This document shows, piece by piece, positions 50,211-58,546 of a stretch of 64,000 bases of DNA. Each line of letters begins with the position of its first letter. The stretch's first letter is position 1. The position numbers were made by a program, and so were the translations under genes. The notes under the pieces are model-generated. The model ran no database searches. It was not told the origin of the DNA and saw nothing but the letters and a program-made list of their open reading frames with translations. This DNA comes from an uncultured bacterium. Lineage in GTDB: Bacteria > Desulfobacterota_D > UBA1144 > Nemesobacterales > UBA2774. The stretch lies in the NCBI GenBank assembly GCA_963705505.1, contig CAVPJU010000010.1, positions 480,001 through 544,000 on the forward strand. Reading direction: 5' to 3'.

Positions 50211-51512
50211 ATGTCAAAACAGATTTTAGGTGCCGCAATAATATTGCTGCTCTCGGCGATGGGGGAGATTGCGGTATACGGGCAGGAGGAGATGATACGC
50301 CCGAGGAGCCTGGGCCTTTACGGAAACACCTTCTTGCTCTTTCAGGCTCCGACGCCGCTCCTCAACGCGGACGGCGATAAAAAGTACGTCTACCCTTTTT
50401 ATCAATACTTGGACTTAAGCTCCAACTATCCGGATCATAATGTGTACTTCAACACATACCTGAGAGGGAGAGAGATCTTTAACGGGGACCAGGATTCGCT
50501 CGACGTATATAACGCGTTCGTCGATATCTCGAACACCCCCGGCACGTACGAGATAAGGCTCGGCAGACAGACCATGACCGAAGGTATCAATTACATACTG
50601 ATGGACGGAGCCCTCGTCAGAATAAAGCCCCTGAAGGGGCTTGAGTTAACGGCCTACGCCGGATACCAGGAAAAAGACATTCAGCCCGATCCCGAAAGAC
50701 CCACTAACAACTTTGGAGTATTCGGAATAAAACTTAAAACGGACGCCATACTCGGCTCGATAATTTCAGTAGGGTATGAGCTCTACGACCCGCAAGACTT
50801 CTCATCGAGGCAGTTCATAAACCTGGCCTTCAACAGGGCCGTGCCATTCACTGATTACGCCGACGTGTACGCGCTCGCTGAGATCGATGTAGGGGAAGGG
50901 AACCTGGGCCTTCTCACGACAGGAGTGGGTATTGCCGTATTGAGGTCACTTTACCTCAACCTCGAATACGATAACTACAACCTGGACCAGGAGAGAGACC
51001 AGTTCAGACTCGATCCGATCTTCGATTTGTTTTCGGTCGGCAGGCTCCAGCAAGCAAGGGTCGGATTAACGTTCACACCCGCATCATTCCTTGAGATAAA
51101 CGGGAGTTACGCCTATTCACACTACGATCCCTCGGATGACAACGGTACGAACGGGAACATCGCAAAGCTCGGCTACATGTTCAATTTCTGGAAGGAGATC
51201 GGGCTCAGGGCGTTCCAGGGGTTTTACTATATCGACGGGAGCGGCAACACCGATTACGCGGTTGGTGTCAATACGAGCCTCTATGAAGAAATAAGGAATG
51301 GATGGCAGCTTGAGTTCGCTTTCGCATATGCTTACTATAACAAGATTACGAACCAGAGCGGAAACGCATTCAGCTACATAGTCGGCAACGAGTATGTGCT
51401 GAAGAAAGACCTCGTTTTGAGAACAGCGGTTGAGTTCAATACAAACCAGGATTTCCATAAAGACATAAGGGTGGATTTGGGATTAAGTTATTTCTTTTCG
51501 ACGAGCCTGTGA
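50211..51512 (+). CDS. outer-membrane beta-barrel protein (putative cytochrome porin)
   Basis: Signal peptide; Tyr/Phe/Gly-rich alternating strands; RLGRQ; C-terminal VDLGLSYFF; embedded among multiheme genes. Confidence 0.75.
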   Translation: MSKQILGAAIILLLSAMGEIAVYGQEEMIRPRSLGLYGNTFLLFQAPTPLLNADGDKKYVYPFYQYLDLSSNYPDHNVYFNTYLRGREIFNGDQDSLDVYNAFVDISNTPGTYEIRLGRQTMTEGINYILMDGALVRIKPLKGLELTAYAGYQEKDIQPDPERPTNNFGVFGIKLKTDAILGSIISVGYELYDPQDFSSRQFINLAFNRAVPFTDYADVYALAEIDVGEGNLGLLTTGVGIAVLRSLYLNLEYDNYNLDQERDQFRLDPIFDLFSVGRLQQARVGLTFTPASFLEINGSYAYSHYDPSDDNGTNGNIAKLGYMFNFWKEIGLRAFQGFYYIDGSGNTDYAVGVNTSLYEEIRNGWQLEFAFAYAYYNKITNQSGNAFSYIVGNEYVLKKDLVLRTAVEFNTNQDFHKDIRVDLGLSYFFSTSL

Positions 51513-52132
51513 TGAAAAGAGCACAATTGATTGTATTCATGCTCGCGGCAGCGCTTGCTGCGTGCGGAGCTCAGAACAAGGAACATGACGCCTCGGGGGC
51601 GAAGCCCAAGGTGCCGCTCGACGTGAGGATGAACTTCTCGCACGAGACGCATAAGAAGGTAATGGAGAAAGAGGGATTCCAATGTTTCGTATGCCATCCG
51701 ATGAACGTCAAGCCGAAAGACGAAAAGAGCATAGAAGAGGCCATAAAGATGTCGAAGCAGGCATTTTTCCCCGGAAAGGAGACTTGCCACTTCTGCCATT
51801 ATAACCCCGAGGCCGGCAACATTGCCCCGGGCCAATGCAGCTTATGCCATTTCAACATGGCCGAGATCGAGCCCAAGAACCACAACTTCAACTGGAGTGA
51901 AAAACACGCCATATTCGCGAAAGCCGACGAGGAATCGTGCCAGAACTGCCACGCGCCTAGATTCTGCGAGGACTGCCACAAGAGAAGAGACCTCCCTACC
52001 ATCATGGTCCACGACAGGAATTGGAGGTTCGTCCATGGAATAGAGGCTCGTGCGAACCCCAGGGAGTGCGGTAATTGTCACGAGATTACGTTCTGCAATA
52101 CCTGTCATACGAAGGGCGGATATGATTATTAG
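51509..52132 (+). CDS. heptaheme c-type cytochrome lipoprotein
   Basis: LAAC lipobox; FSHETH; CFVCH, CHFCH, CSLCH, CQNCH, CEDCH, CGNCH, CNTCH. Confidence 0.88.
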   Translation: MMKRAQLIVFMLAAALAACGAQNKEHDASGAKPKVPLDVRMNFSHETHKKVMEKEGFQCFVCHPMNVKPKDEKSIEEAIKMSKQAFFPGKETCHFCHYNPEAGNIAPGQCSLCHFNMAEIEPKNHNFNWSEKHAIFAKADEESCQNCHAPRFCEDCHKRRDLPTIMVHDRNWRFVHGIEARANPRECGNCHEITFCNTCHTKGGYDY

Positions 52133-52703
52133 GTACATTCTTACAGCTATGTTGATAGTGCTCCTCCCAACTGTCCTTCTGTCGAAGGAAAAAGAAAAAG
52201 AGGAAGAGGAGGAAAACCCTCATACCGCTATGGTTGGCAACGAGTTCGGATGCCTCGACTGCCATACGGAGGTGCCCAAGGAGGGGATGAAGAGCCCGAC
52301 GTATTTCCTCGTGGACGCGCCCTCGGAGAACTGCCTCGGGTGCCACGACGAGACGATGCACCCGGGGTCGAAGGAGCACGAGGGGAAGGAAGCGAAACCG
52401 CTCCCCGGGGACGAGAACGGCAAGATAGCGTGCTTCACCTGCCACGACCCGCACCCGGAGGGGGTGATAAAGGGGAGGAAGGTGTACGGGGCTGAGCTCG
52501 ACCAGAGGAGCATGGATTTCATGAGACTCATAGTGGGGCCCGAGCTCGGGAAAGAGCTGGGTACATCGATAGAGTTCGATCCCGACAAAAAGGTCTATCT
52601 CAGGGAGCCGATGAACAAGGTATGCAGCACATGTCATGAAACAATAAAATACAAGGGGGTCTATACACCATGGTACAAATTTTCAGAAATGTTTACGTAT
52701 TAG
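52122..52703 (+). CDS. tetraheme periplasmic c-type cytochrome
   Basis: Signal peptide from MIIRYIL; CLDCH, CLGCH, CFTCHDPH, CSTCH. Confidence 0.85.
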   Translation: MIIRYILTAMLIVLLPTVLLSKEKEKEEEEENPHTAMVGNEFGCLDCHTEVPKEGMKSPTYFLVDAPSENCLGCHDETMHPGSKEHEGKEAKPLPGDENGKIACFTCHDPHPEGVIKGRKVYGAELDQRSMDFMRLIVGPELGKELGTSIEFDPDKKVYLREPMNKVCSTCHETIKYKGVYTPWYKFSEMFTY

Positions 52704-53146
52704 CTTTAATGCTCATAATCCCCGCGGCGGCTTTCGCTCAGGACACGAGCGTACAGCAGAAGGGGATAGAGATATTCGTCGAGCATAGGTGTTATACCTG
52801 CCATACAGTTAAGGCGGAAGCCGCGCAGATAGACGCGGCAAAAGTCGCCTTTGCCAAAACGAAGGGAGTCGAATCCAAGGAGACTGCAGAAGAGAAGGAA
52901 GAGCCCAAAGGCGGCGACCTCTCCAACATAGGGACCGACAGGACTCAGGAATGGCTTACTAAATTTCTGAAAGACCCGAAGGATTATTTCAAGGACACTC
53001 CTGACTGCAAGAAACTCGCGAAGAAGAAGGAGAGGAAGAAGTTCAAGGGCACGGACGCTGAATTCCAGGATCTCCTGGCATGGCTCTCATCACTCAAATA
53101 CGGCGACAAGCAGGAAGCGGGCTTCAAGTCGTGCTTAAAAGAATAA
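52670..53146 (+). CDS. monoheme c-type cytochrome (paralog A)
   Basis: AFA signal peptide, CYTCH, GGDLSNIG, FLKDP. Confidence 0.85.
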   Translation: MVQIFRNVYVLALMLIIPAAAFAQDTSVQQKGIEIFVEHRCYTCHTVKAEAAQIDAAKVAFAKTKGVESKETAEEKEEPKGGDLSNIGTDRTQEWLTKFLKDPKDYFKDTPDCKKLAKKKERKKFKGTDAEFQDLLAWLSSLKYGDKQEAGFKSCLKE

Positions 53147-53218
53147 GTGTGTGACGATGACTACTTCGAATCGATTAAGCTTAAATTTAACGAACATCTT
53201 CAATATATTTGCAGTAAG

Positions 53219-53270
53219 AATCTATGTAAGGTGTCATAACATATGACACCTTACATAGATTTTAATTTTC
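53219..53270 (+). terminator. perfect 20-bp inverted repeat followed by a T-rich tract
   Basis: AATCTATGTAAGGTGTCATA-aca-TATGACACCTTACATAGATT-ttaattttc. Confidence 0.65.
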
Positions 53271-53318
53271 TCAAGAATAAATAGATAGTACATACGGGTA
53301 GTTATCGTAATACGAATG

Positions 53319-53334
53319 TGGCCTAAAATATGCA
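53319..53334 (+). promoter_or_regulatory. candidate sigma54 promoter for the monoheme-B/Rieske/cytb/HAO unit
   Basis: TGGCCT-AAAAT-ATGCA (GG-N10-GC), about 40 nt before ATG 53375. Confidence 0.55.
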
Positions 53335-53374
53335 CACTAAATTATAGTGAATGAATAATCGAGAGGTGTATATC

Positions 53375-53851
53375 ATGGTACATATTTACAGATATGTTTA
53401 CGCATTGGTACTGATATTAGCGGTATCCGCGTTAGCGCACGCCCAGGAAAGTAGTGTACAACAGAAAGGAATAGAGATATTCGTCGAACATAGGTGTTAT
53501 ACCTGCCACCAGATAAAAGCCGATCAGGATGCTATTCTAAAAGCAAAAGAAGCCTTAGCAAAGTCAAAAGGAGTTGAATTCAAACCAGAAGAAGAAAAAG
53601 GAGAAAAAGGGATAGCGCCCGACCTTTCGGATGTCGGCAAAAGATGGGATGCGAAATCACTTGAACCCTTTCTAAAAGATCCAAGACCTTACTTCAAGGA
53701 CACACCTGAATGTCAGAGTAATGCAAAGAAATTTTATAGAAAAAGATTTAAAGGAACACAAGACGACTTCAATGCTCTTATAGCCTACCTTACGAGCCTA
53801 AAATATGATTCATACAATAAAGATTTTGTATCATGCTTGAAGGAGCATTAA
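53375..53851 (+). CDS. monoheme c-type cytochrome (paralog B)
   Basis: GAGAGG RBS, AHA signal peptide, VQQKGIEIFVEHRCYTCH identical to paralog A. Confidence 0.85.
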   Translation: MVHIYRYVYALVLILAVSALAHAQESSVQQKGIEIFVEHRCYTCHQIKADQDAILKAKEALAKSKGVEFKPEEEKGEKGIAPDLSDVGKRWDAKSLEPFLKDPRPYFKDTPECQSNAKKFYRKRFKGTQDDFNALIAYLTSLKYDSYNKDFVSCLKEH

Positions 53852-53986
53852 TAACATTCTGGAGCAAGATTAGAAGTTTATTTTTTTCACGGCAAAAAAT
53901 TTAATTTCTCAGCAAGAAAACGTTTATCAATTAATTTAAGAGTATGAAATCTACGGCTTATACTCCTTCTCTTCGCGGGGATTGTT

Positions 53987-54502
53987 ATGGAAAAAGAAGA
54001 CGTCACATTAGATTCTTCCGAATCCACAAATGACAATCTGAAAGGAAACTCAAAGCGCGAATTTCTTTCCCAAATATTCCTAATACTTGGTGCTGTATTA
54101 GCTTATGGTCTGTTTGCGCTCGAAGGTATGTTATTTATCGTCCCGAAAAGAAGAGAAACAGAAAAAATAAAGATATACGGAGGCCGGCTGAGCCAATACA
54201 AGTTGGGCAGTGTGAAGGCATTTTATGATCTCGAAGGCAATGAAATTTTGATAATGCGGGACGAATCGGGACTCAAGGCTTTTAGCACAGTCTGTCCACA
54301 CTTGGGATGCAGAGTGCATTGGGAAAGCGACAAGAATGAATTTTTCTGTCCCTGTCATAAAGGGGTTTTTAACACAAACGGAGTTGCAATTTCCGGCCCG
54401 CCGGCGAAAGCCGGTCAAAGCCTGAGAAAAGTGTCCATAAGCGTCGATGAAAATAGTCAAATAGTGTATATAGAGGTAAATAAACCAAGGATCAAAGCCT
54501 GA
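53987..54502 (+). CDS. Rieske [2Fe-2S] subunit of a Rieske/cytochrome b complex
   Basis: Tat-like KREFL plus TM helix; CPHLGC and CPCHKG; SGPP. Confidence 0.92.
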   Translation: MEKEDVTLDSSESTNDNLKGNSKREFLSQIFLILGAVLAYGLFALEGMLFIVPKRRETEKIKIYGGRLSQYKLGSVKAFYDLEGNEILIMRDESGLKAFSTVCPHLGCRVHWESDKNEFFCPCHKGVFNTNGVAISGPPAKAGQSLRKVSISVDENSQIVYIEVNKPRIKA

Positions 54503-54504
54503 TA

Positions 54505-55581
54505 ATGAAGGGTAAATCCATACTATCCATAAATGGTCTCGTTAAAAAGTTAGACGAGATGTTTCCCTTTGATTGGGAAATACTGAGACAGGCAGGCGCA
54601 GAGCCTGTACCGCACCATTTAAAGAAATGGTGGTTTTGCCTGGGCGGTACGGTTCTTTACCTATTTATAATTCAGGTTTTAACAGGCATCGCGCTTACTT
54701 TTTACTACATTCCATACCCTCAGGAAGCCTTTCAGAGCATTGCCAGAATCACACAGGAGATAAGATTCGGATGGTTCATCCGTTCTTTGCACAGGTGGGC
54801 TTCTAATTTTTTAATTGTTGCGTTGTTCTTCCATATGTTCCGCGTCTATTTTACCGGTGCTTACCGACACCCCAGACAACTCAACTGGTTAATAGGATTC
54901 ATGCTTTTATTCATCGTTCTAACATTCGGTTTTACAGGATACTCGCTTATTTTCGAGCAACAAAGTTTCTGGGGTGCTACGGTTGCGACTAATCTCACGG
55001 ATGCCGTGCCGTTTGTTGGACATACCATCGCGTACTTTTTACGCGGAGGATCGGTTATCGGCGATAACACCCTGACAAGGTTCTTCATGCTCCATATAGG
55101 AGTCCTTCCGACATTAGCTTTCATTCTAATCGGACTCCACATTCTTTTAATCCGCCTTCACGGCGTTACGGAATTATACTTCGAGGGCGAAATTGTGCCG
55201 GATGAGAAGCGTTTTTTCCGTTTTTTGCCCGACCACGTAATTAACGAACTCATGCTCGGCGTACTGCTTCTTTACCTGCTTACAATTCTGGCATTAACTT
55301 TTCCTGTCGGTCTCGGCACACCCGCGGACCCAACCGTCACCCCGGAGCACATAAAGCCGGAATGGTATTTCTACTTCAATTTCCGTCTTCTTAAACTAAC
55401 CTCTCTTAACGTCAGTGTTGTCTTCACATTGTTTCTCTGCTTAGCGATTTTTTTATGGCCATTTATCGAAGAATTTTTGCGAAAAAAAATTAAATTCCCC
55501 GATGTTCTGTCGGTTATGCTCGGTCTTGTTTTTGTTCTGATATTTTTGCTTTTTACAGTGTGGGAAAGCTTTGCACCATAG
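54505..55581 (+). CDS. cytochrome b (fused b6 + subunit IV type)
   Basis: CLGG (heme ci Cys), RSLHRW, HMFRV, SFWGATV, RFFMLH...LH, KPEWY. Confidence 0.93.
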   Translation: MKGKSILSINGLVKKLDEMFPFDWEILRQAGAEPVPHHLKKWWFCLGGTVLYLFIIQVLTGIALTFYYIPYPQEAFQSIARITQEIRFGWFIRSLHRWASNFLIVALFFHMFRVYFTGAYRHPRQLNWLIGFMLLFIVLTFGFTGYSLIFEQQSFWGATVATNLTDAVPFVGHTIAYFLRGGSVIGDNTLTRFFMLHIGVLPTLAFILIGLHILLIRLHGVTELYFEGEIVPDEKRFFRFLPDHVINELMLGVLLLYLLTILALTFPVGLGTPADPTVTPEHIKPEWYFYFNFRLLKLTSLNVSVVFTLFLCLAIFLWPFIEEFLRKKIKFPDVLSVMLGLVFVLIFLLFTVWESFAP

Positions 55582-55607
55582 CAAATATATACTTGTGAGA
55601 GGCTATA

Positions 55608-57206
55608 ATGTCACTTAATGCAAAAAGATGGATCGTAGCTGGACTGTCATTTTTTCTGTTAGCAGCTCTTCTAATAGTTTCATATAGGGAATCGCAGCGA
55701 AAGCTCGTAGAAGAGAGGCAGGTTGCCATCGTAACAGCTGATAGCAGAGCATGCGTAGATTGTCATAAGACCGATCACCCCGCATTAGTGAAGGAATGGG
55801 AGTACTCCAAGCACGCTAGAGTCGGAATAGGTTGCGTCGAGTGTCATGCCGCTAATAGAAATGATACCGATGCCTGGAAACATGAAGGAGTATACATATC
55901 AGCCCTGGTTACCCCCCTTCGTTGTGCAAAATGCCACGAAAAGGAATATAAGGAGTTCGCTAACTCTCCCCATGCGAGAGCGGCAGAACTTATTTTTAAC
56001 CCGGATAACGCGCTAGCGGGAAAAACAGTTAAAGTTGCCGGACAAGGTAATGTTTCAAATATCGCAAGAAGTTGTCAGGAATGTCACGGAAGTATTATCA
56101 AGTTTCTAAGAGACGAAAAAGGCCAAATAGTCCGTACCGGCTCTCAGAAAAAGCCTTTTATAGATCCTGATACATGGCCTAACAGCGGCATTGGCAGGTT
56201 TAATCCCGACGGCTCCAAAGGCTCGTGTCATGCATGTCACTCACGCCATGCGTTCCAGGCTGAGCTCTCCCGCTCACCCCAGACCTGTGGTAAATGTCAT
56301 ATGGGACCGGATTATACAGAGATTGAGACCTATAATGAATCGAAACACGGCATTCTATTTTACCCAAACCGTGAAAGGATGGACCTTGACAAGAGAGGCG
56401 AATGGGTATTGGGACGGGATTATTCGGCCGCTCCTACCTGTGCAACCTGCCATATTAGTTCTTACATGTCGGCTCAAGGATTTGTTCAGAGTGGTTCTCA
56501 TAATGTAGGCGAACGAATAAGCTGGAACCTTTTACCTGTAATAAGTACGAAAGTAAATCTTGTTGTTTATGAAGACGGTTATAGTGAGGACTATCCCGAA
56601 ACAAAGGAAACACCGAATATAGGCGATGAAATCATTACAACCGAGACAGTGGTTGAGAATGAAAAGGTTGTAAACAAACAAGTGAGAAGAAAAGTTTCAG
56701 ATGTTATAAGTTCGGATGATAGAAGAGAAAAGATGATAGGGGTTTGTCTGAACTGCCACAACGACACGTATATAGATAATTTTTACAATCAGTACGATAA
56801 GTTTGTCGAGTATTATAACAATATATTCGCTGAACCGGCACAGAATCTCATGGACAGTTTACAAGCCGACGGCTTAATAAACCCGGGAGCTCCACTTGAA
56901 AGCCAGGTACAATGGGCGTTCTGGGACTTATTGCATCGTGGGGGAAGACAAGCAAGGATTGGCGCAAGCATGATGGGGCCGAGTATAACACGACAGGGTA
57001 TGTATCAAGTTTCAGAAACCTTTTATTCGAAATTCCTCCCTGCAGTAATAAACGCAGCAGCACAGAAAGGTCCTGATATGGAGAAAAAATATCGCATGAT
57101 GGTGGATAAAGAGCTTTCGCGTCAAGATCGTACGTGGATTGAGGAACCACTGCTGAATAAAACAAAATCGCCCAAAAAAACTGATAAACAAGGCTATGAG
57201 AAATAG
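55608..57206 (+). CDS. hydroxylamine-oxidoreductase (HAO)-family octaheme cytochrome c, N-terminally anchored
   Basis: 8 CxxCH; WPNSGIGR.NPDGS.GSC, CH.RH.F, ESKHG, APTCATCH, H.VGERISW, GASMMGP. Confidence 0.87.
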   Translation: MSLNAKRWIVAGLSFFLLAALLIVSYRESQRKLVEERQVAIVTADSRACVDCHKTDHPALVKEWEYSKHARVGIGCVECHAANRNDTDAWKHEGVYISALVTPLRCAKCHEKEYKEFANSPHARAAELIFNPDNALAGKTVKVAGQGNVSNIARSCQECHGSIIKFLRDEKGQIVRTGSQKKPFIDPDTWPNSGIGRFNPDGSKGSCHACHSRHAFQAELSRSPQTCGKCHMGPDYTEIETYNESKHGILFYPNRERMDLDKRGEWVLGRDYSAAPTCATCHISSYMSAQGFVQSGSHNVGERISWNLLPVISTKVNLVVYEDGYSEDYPETKETPNIGDEIITTETVVENEKVVNKQVRRKVSDVISSDDRREKMIGVCLNCHNDTYIDNFYNQYDKFVEYYNNIFAEPAQNLMDSLQADGLINPGAPLESQVQWAFWDLLHRGGRQARIGASMMGPSITRQGMYQVSETFYSKFLPAVINAAAQKGPDMEKKYRMMVDKELSRQDRTWIEEPLLNKTKSPKKTDKQGYEK

Positions 57207-57390
57207 AGCGCTCTCGGCGTGGCATGGTATTATTATAACTCTATTTCTGGTGATGCCCGGAATAATTATTCCGGATTTATAAACAGGGATTCAAAATATT
57301 ATGAGGGTAAAAAACAATAAGAATTATGGACATTTATAACACACACTTCCGTATTTAAAAATAAACGTCTAAAGGAGAAGAAATCCAGTC

Positions 57391-58107
57391 ATGTTCAAAG
57401 AGATAACAGATCTATTTGGAGTTACTGCGTCCAATGCCACAGGTTTAGTAAAAGGACTTAATGGGGGGATTGTTTCAGAAGATCCGGGAATGAGGCTTAT
57501 ATCATTCGTGGCTCTCGGTCTATGCCTCTTAACAATAGTTCTTGTCGTGTACAAACTTATATTCTTGCGAAGGGATTCTTCAATAGGTGTAACAACCAGA
57601 TGGATTTTTTTGATCACGTTTATAATCCTTTCCCCGCTGACTTATTTCATTAGTTTCGGCATTGGAATTGAAAAATCAAAGCCCGTTGAATTCTGTAACA
57701 ACTGCCATATAATGAACAGTCACGTGGAAGACATGAAGGACCCCGATAGCGAAAGCATTGCTTCCCTTCATTATAATAATCGCTGGATTTCCGACGACCA
57801 ATGTTACACCTGTCATTCGGATTACGGGCTTTATGGAGCAGTCGGAGCAAAATTTGACGGCATCAGGCACATAATGGATTACTACGTTATGGGTTATCCG
57901 AAGAAACTAAAGATACGGGGCACCTATAACAACGAGAGATGTCTTTTCTGCCATGCCCCTGTCGCATCTTATCAAGAAGTTAAAGAACATCAAGATTATG
58001 CGGCGGAAATCAAATCGAGTAAACAGTCTTGTTTCGGTTTAGACTGTCACGTTTCTCCCCACCCTGATGAAACAAAGGAAATAGAGGAAACCTGGAGGAC
58101 GAAATGA
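57391..58107 (+). CDS. NapC/NirT-like membrane-anchored tetraheme cytochrome
   Basis: Two TM helices; EFCNNCHIM, CYTCH, K.DGIRH, CLFCH and atypical CFGLDCH. Confidence 0.78.
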   Translation: MFKEITDLFGVTASNATGLVKGLNGGIVSEDPGMRLISFVALGLCLLTIVLVVYKLIFLRRDSSIGVTTRWIFLITFIILSPLTYFISFGIGIEKSKPVEFCNNCHIMNSHVEDMKDPDSESIASLHYNNRWISDDQCYTCHSDYGLYGAVGAKFDGIRHIMDYYVMGYPKKLKIRGTYNNERCLFCHAPVASYQEVKEHQDYAAEIKSSKQSCFGLDCHVSPHPDETKEIEETWRTK

Positions 58108-58316
58108 ATTCAAAAACAAATTATTTTAATGTATTTGTAATAATTGCCGGCACGCTAAACATCTTGGGAATGATTTTAATCATTATTCCTGTAGTTGAAC
58201 TTACCCCGCTTACACTGATTATCTCTGCAGTTTTTGGGGGAGGTTTAGTGATACTTTCAATTGCTATATACGCCGCAGTTGTAACAAGGGATCTTATAAG
58301 ACGTGGCATCCTCTAG
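58104..58316 (+). CDS. small 2-TM membrane protein
   Basis: 70 hydrophobic aa; ATGA-coupled to the NapC-like gene. Confidence 0.7.
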   Translation: MNSKTNYFNVFVIIAGTLNILGMILIIIPVVELTPLTLIISAVFGGGLVILSIAIYAAVVTRDLIRRGIL

Positions 58317-58372
58317 CAGAGGATCTCCGCTCATATACGGGTTCTGCACTAATCCTCCGCTCCTTATGAATT

Positions 58373-58410
58373 TCCTCCCCCTTCAAGGGGGAGGACTAAG
58401 GTGGGGGTGA
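58373..58410. repeat. REP-like palindrome between convergent genes
   Basis: TCCTCCCCCTT-c-AAGGGGGAGGA followed by ctaaggtgggggtga. Confidence 0.55.
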
Positions 58411-58546
58411 TGAATCCCCCTTCATCCTCACACGCTTGGCGTGTTTTTACGATTTCTGCGGGGCTTCGTGAATTTCAGAGGGCGCAATACAGACCATAAC
58501 CGCTGAGGGTCTCTGATTGAAGATACCGGACCTCTCTCAAGTCATA

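Noticed and set aside
55608..57206. Evidence for ammonia oxidation or anammox metabolism
   Set aside because: No amo, hzs or cycAB genes here, and the HAO-like protein lacks the residues expected for oxidative P460 chemistry.
57220..57235. sigma54 promoter TGGCAT before the NapC-like gene
   Set aside because: The -12 element is TATTA, with no GC.
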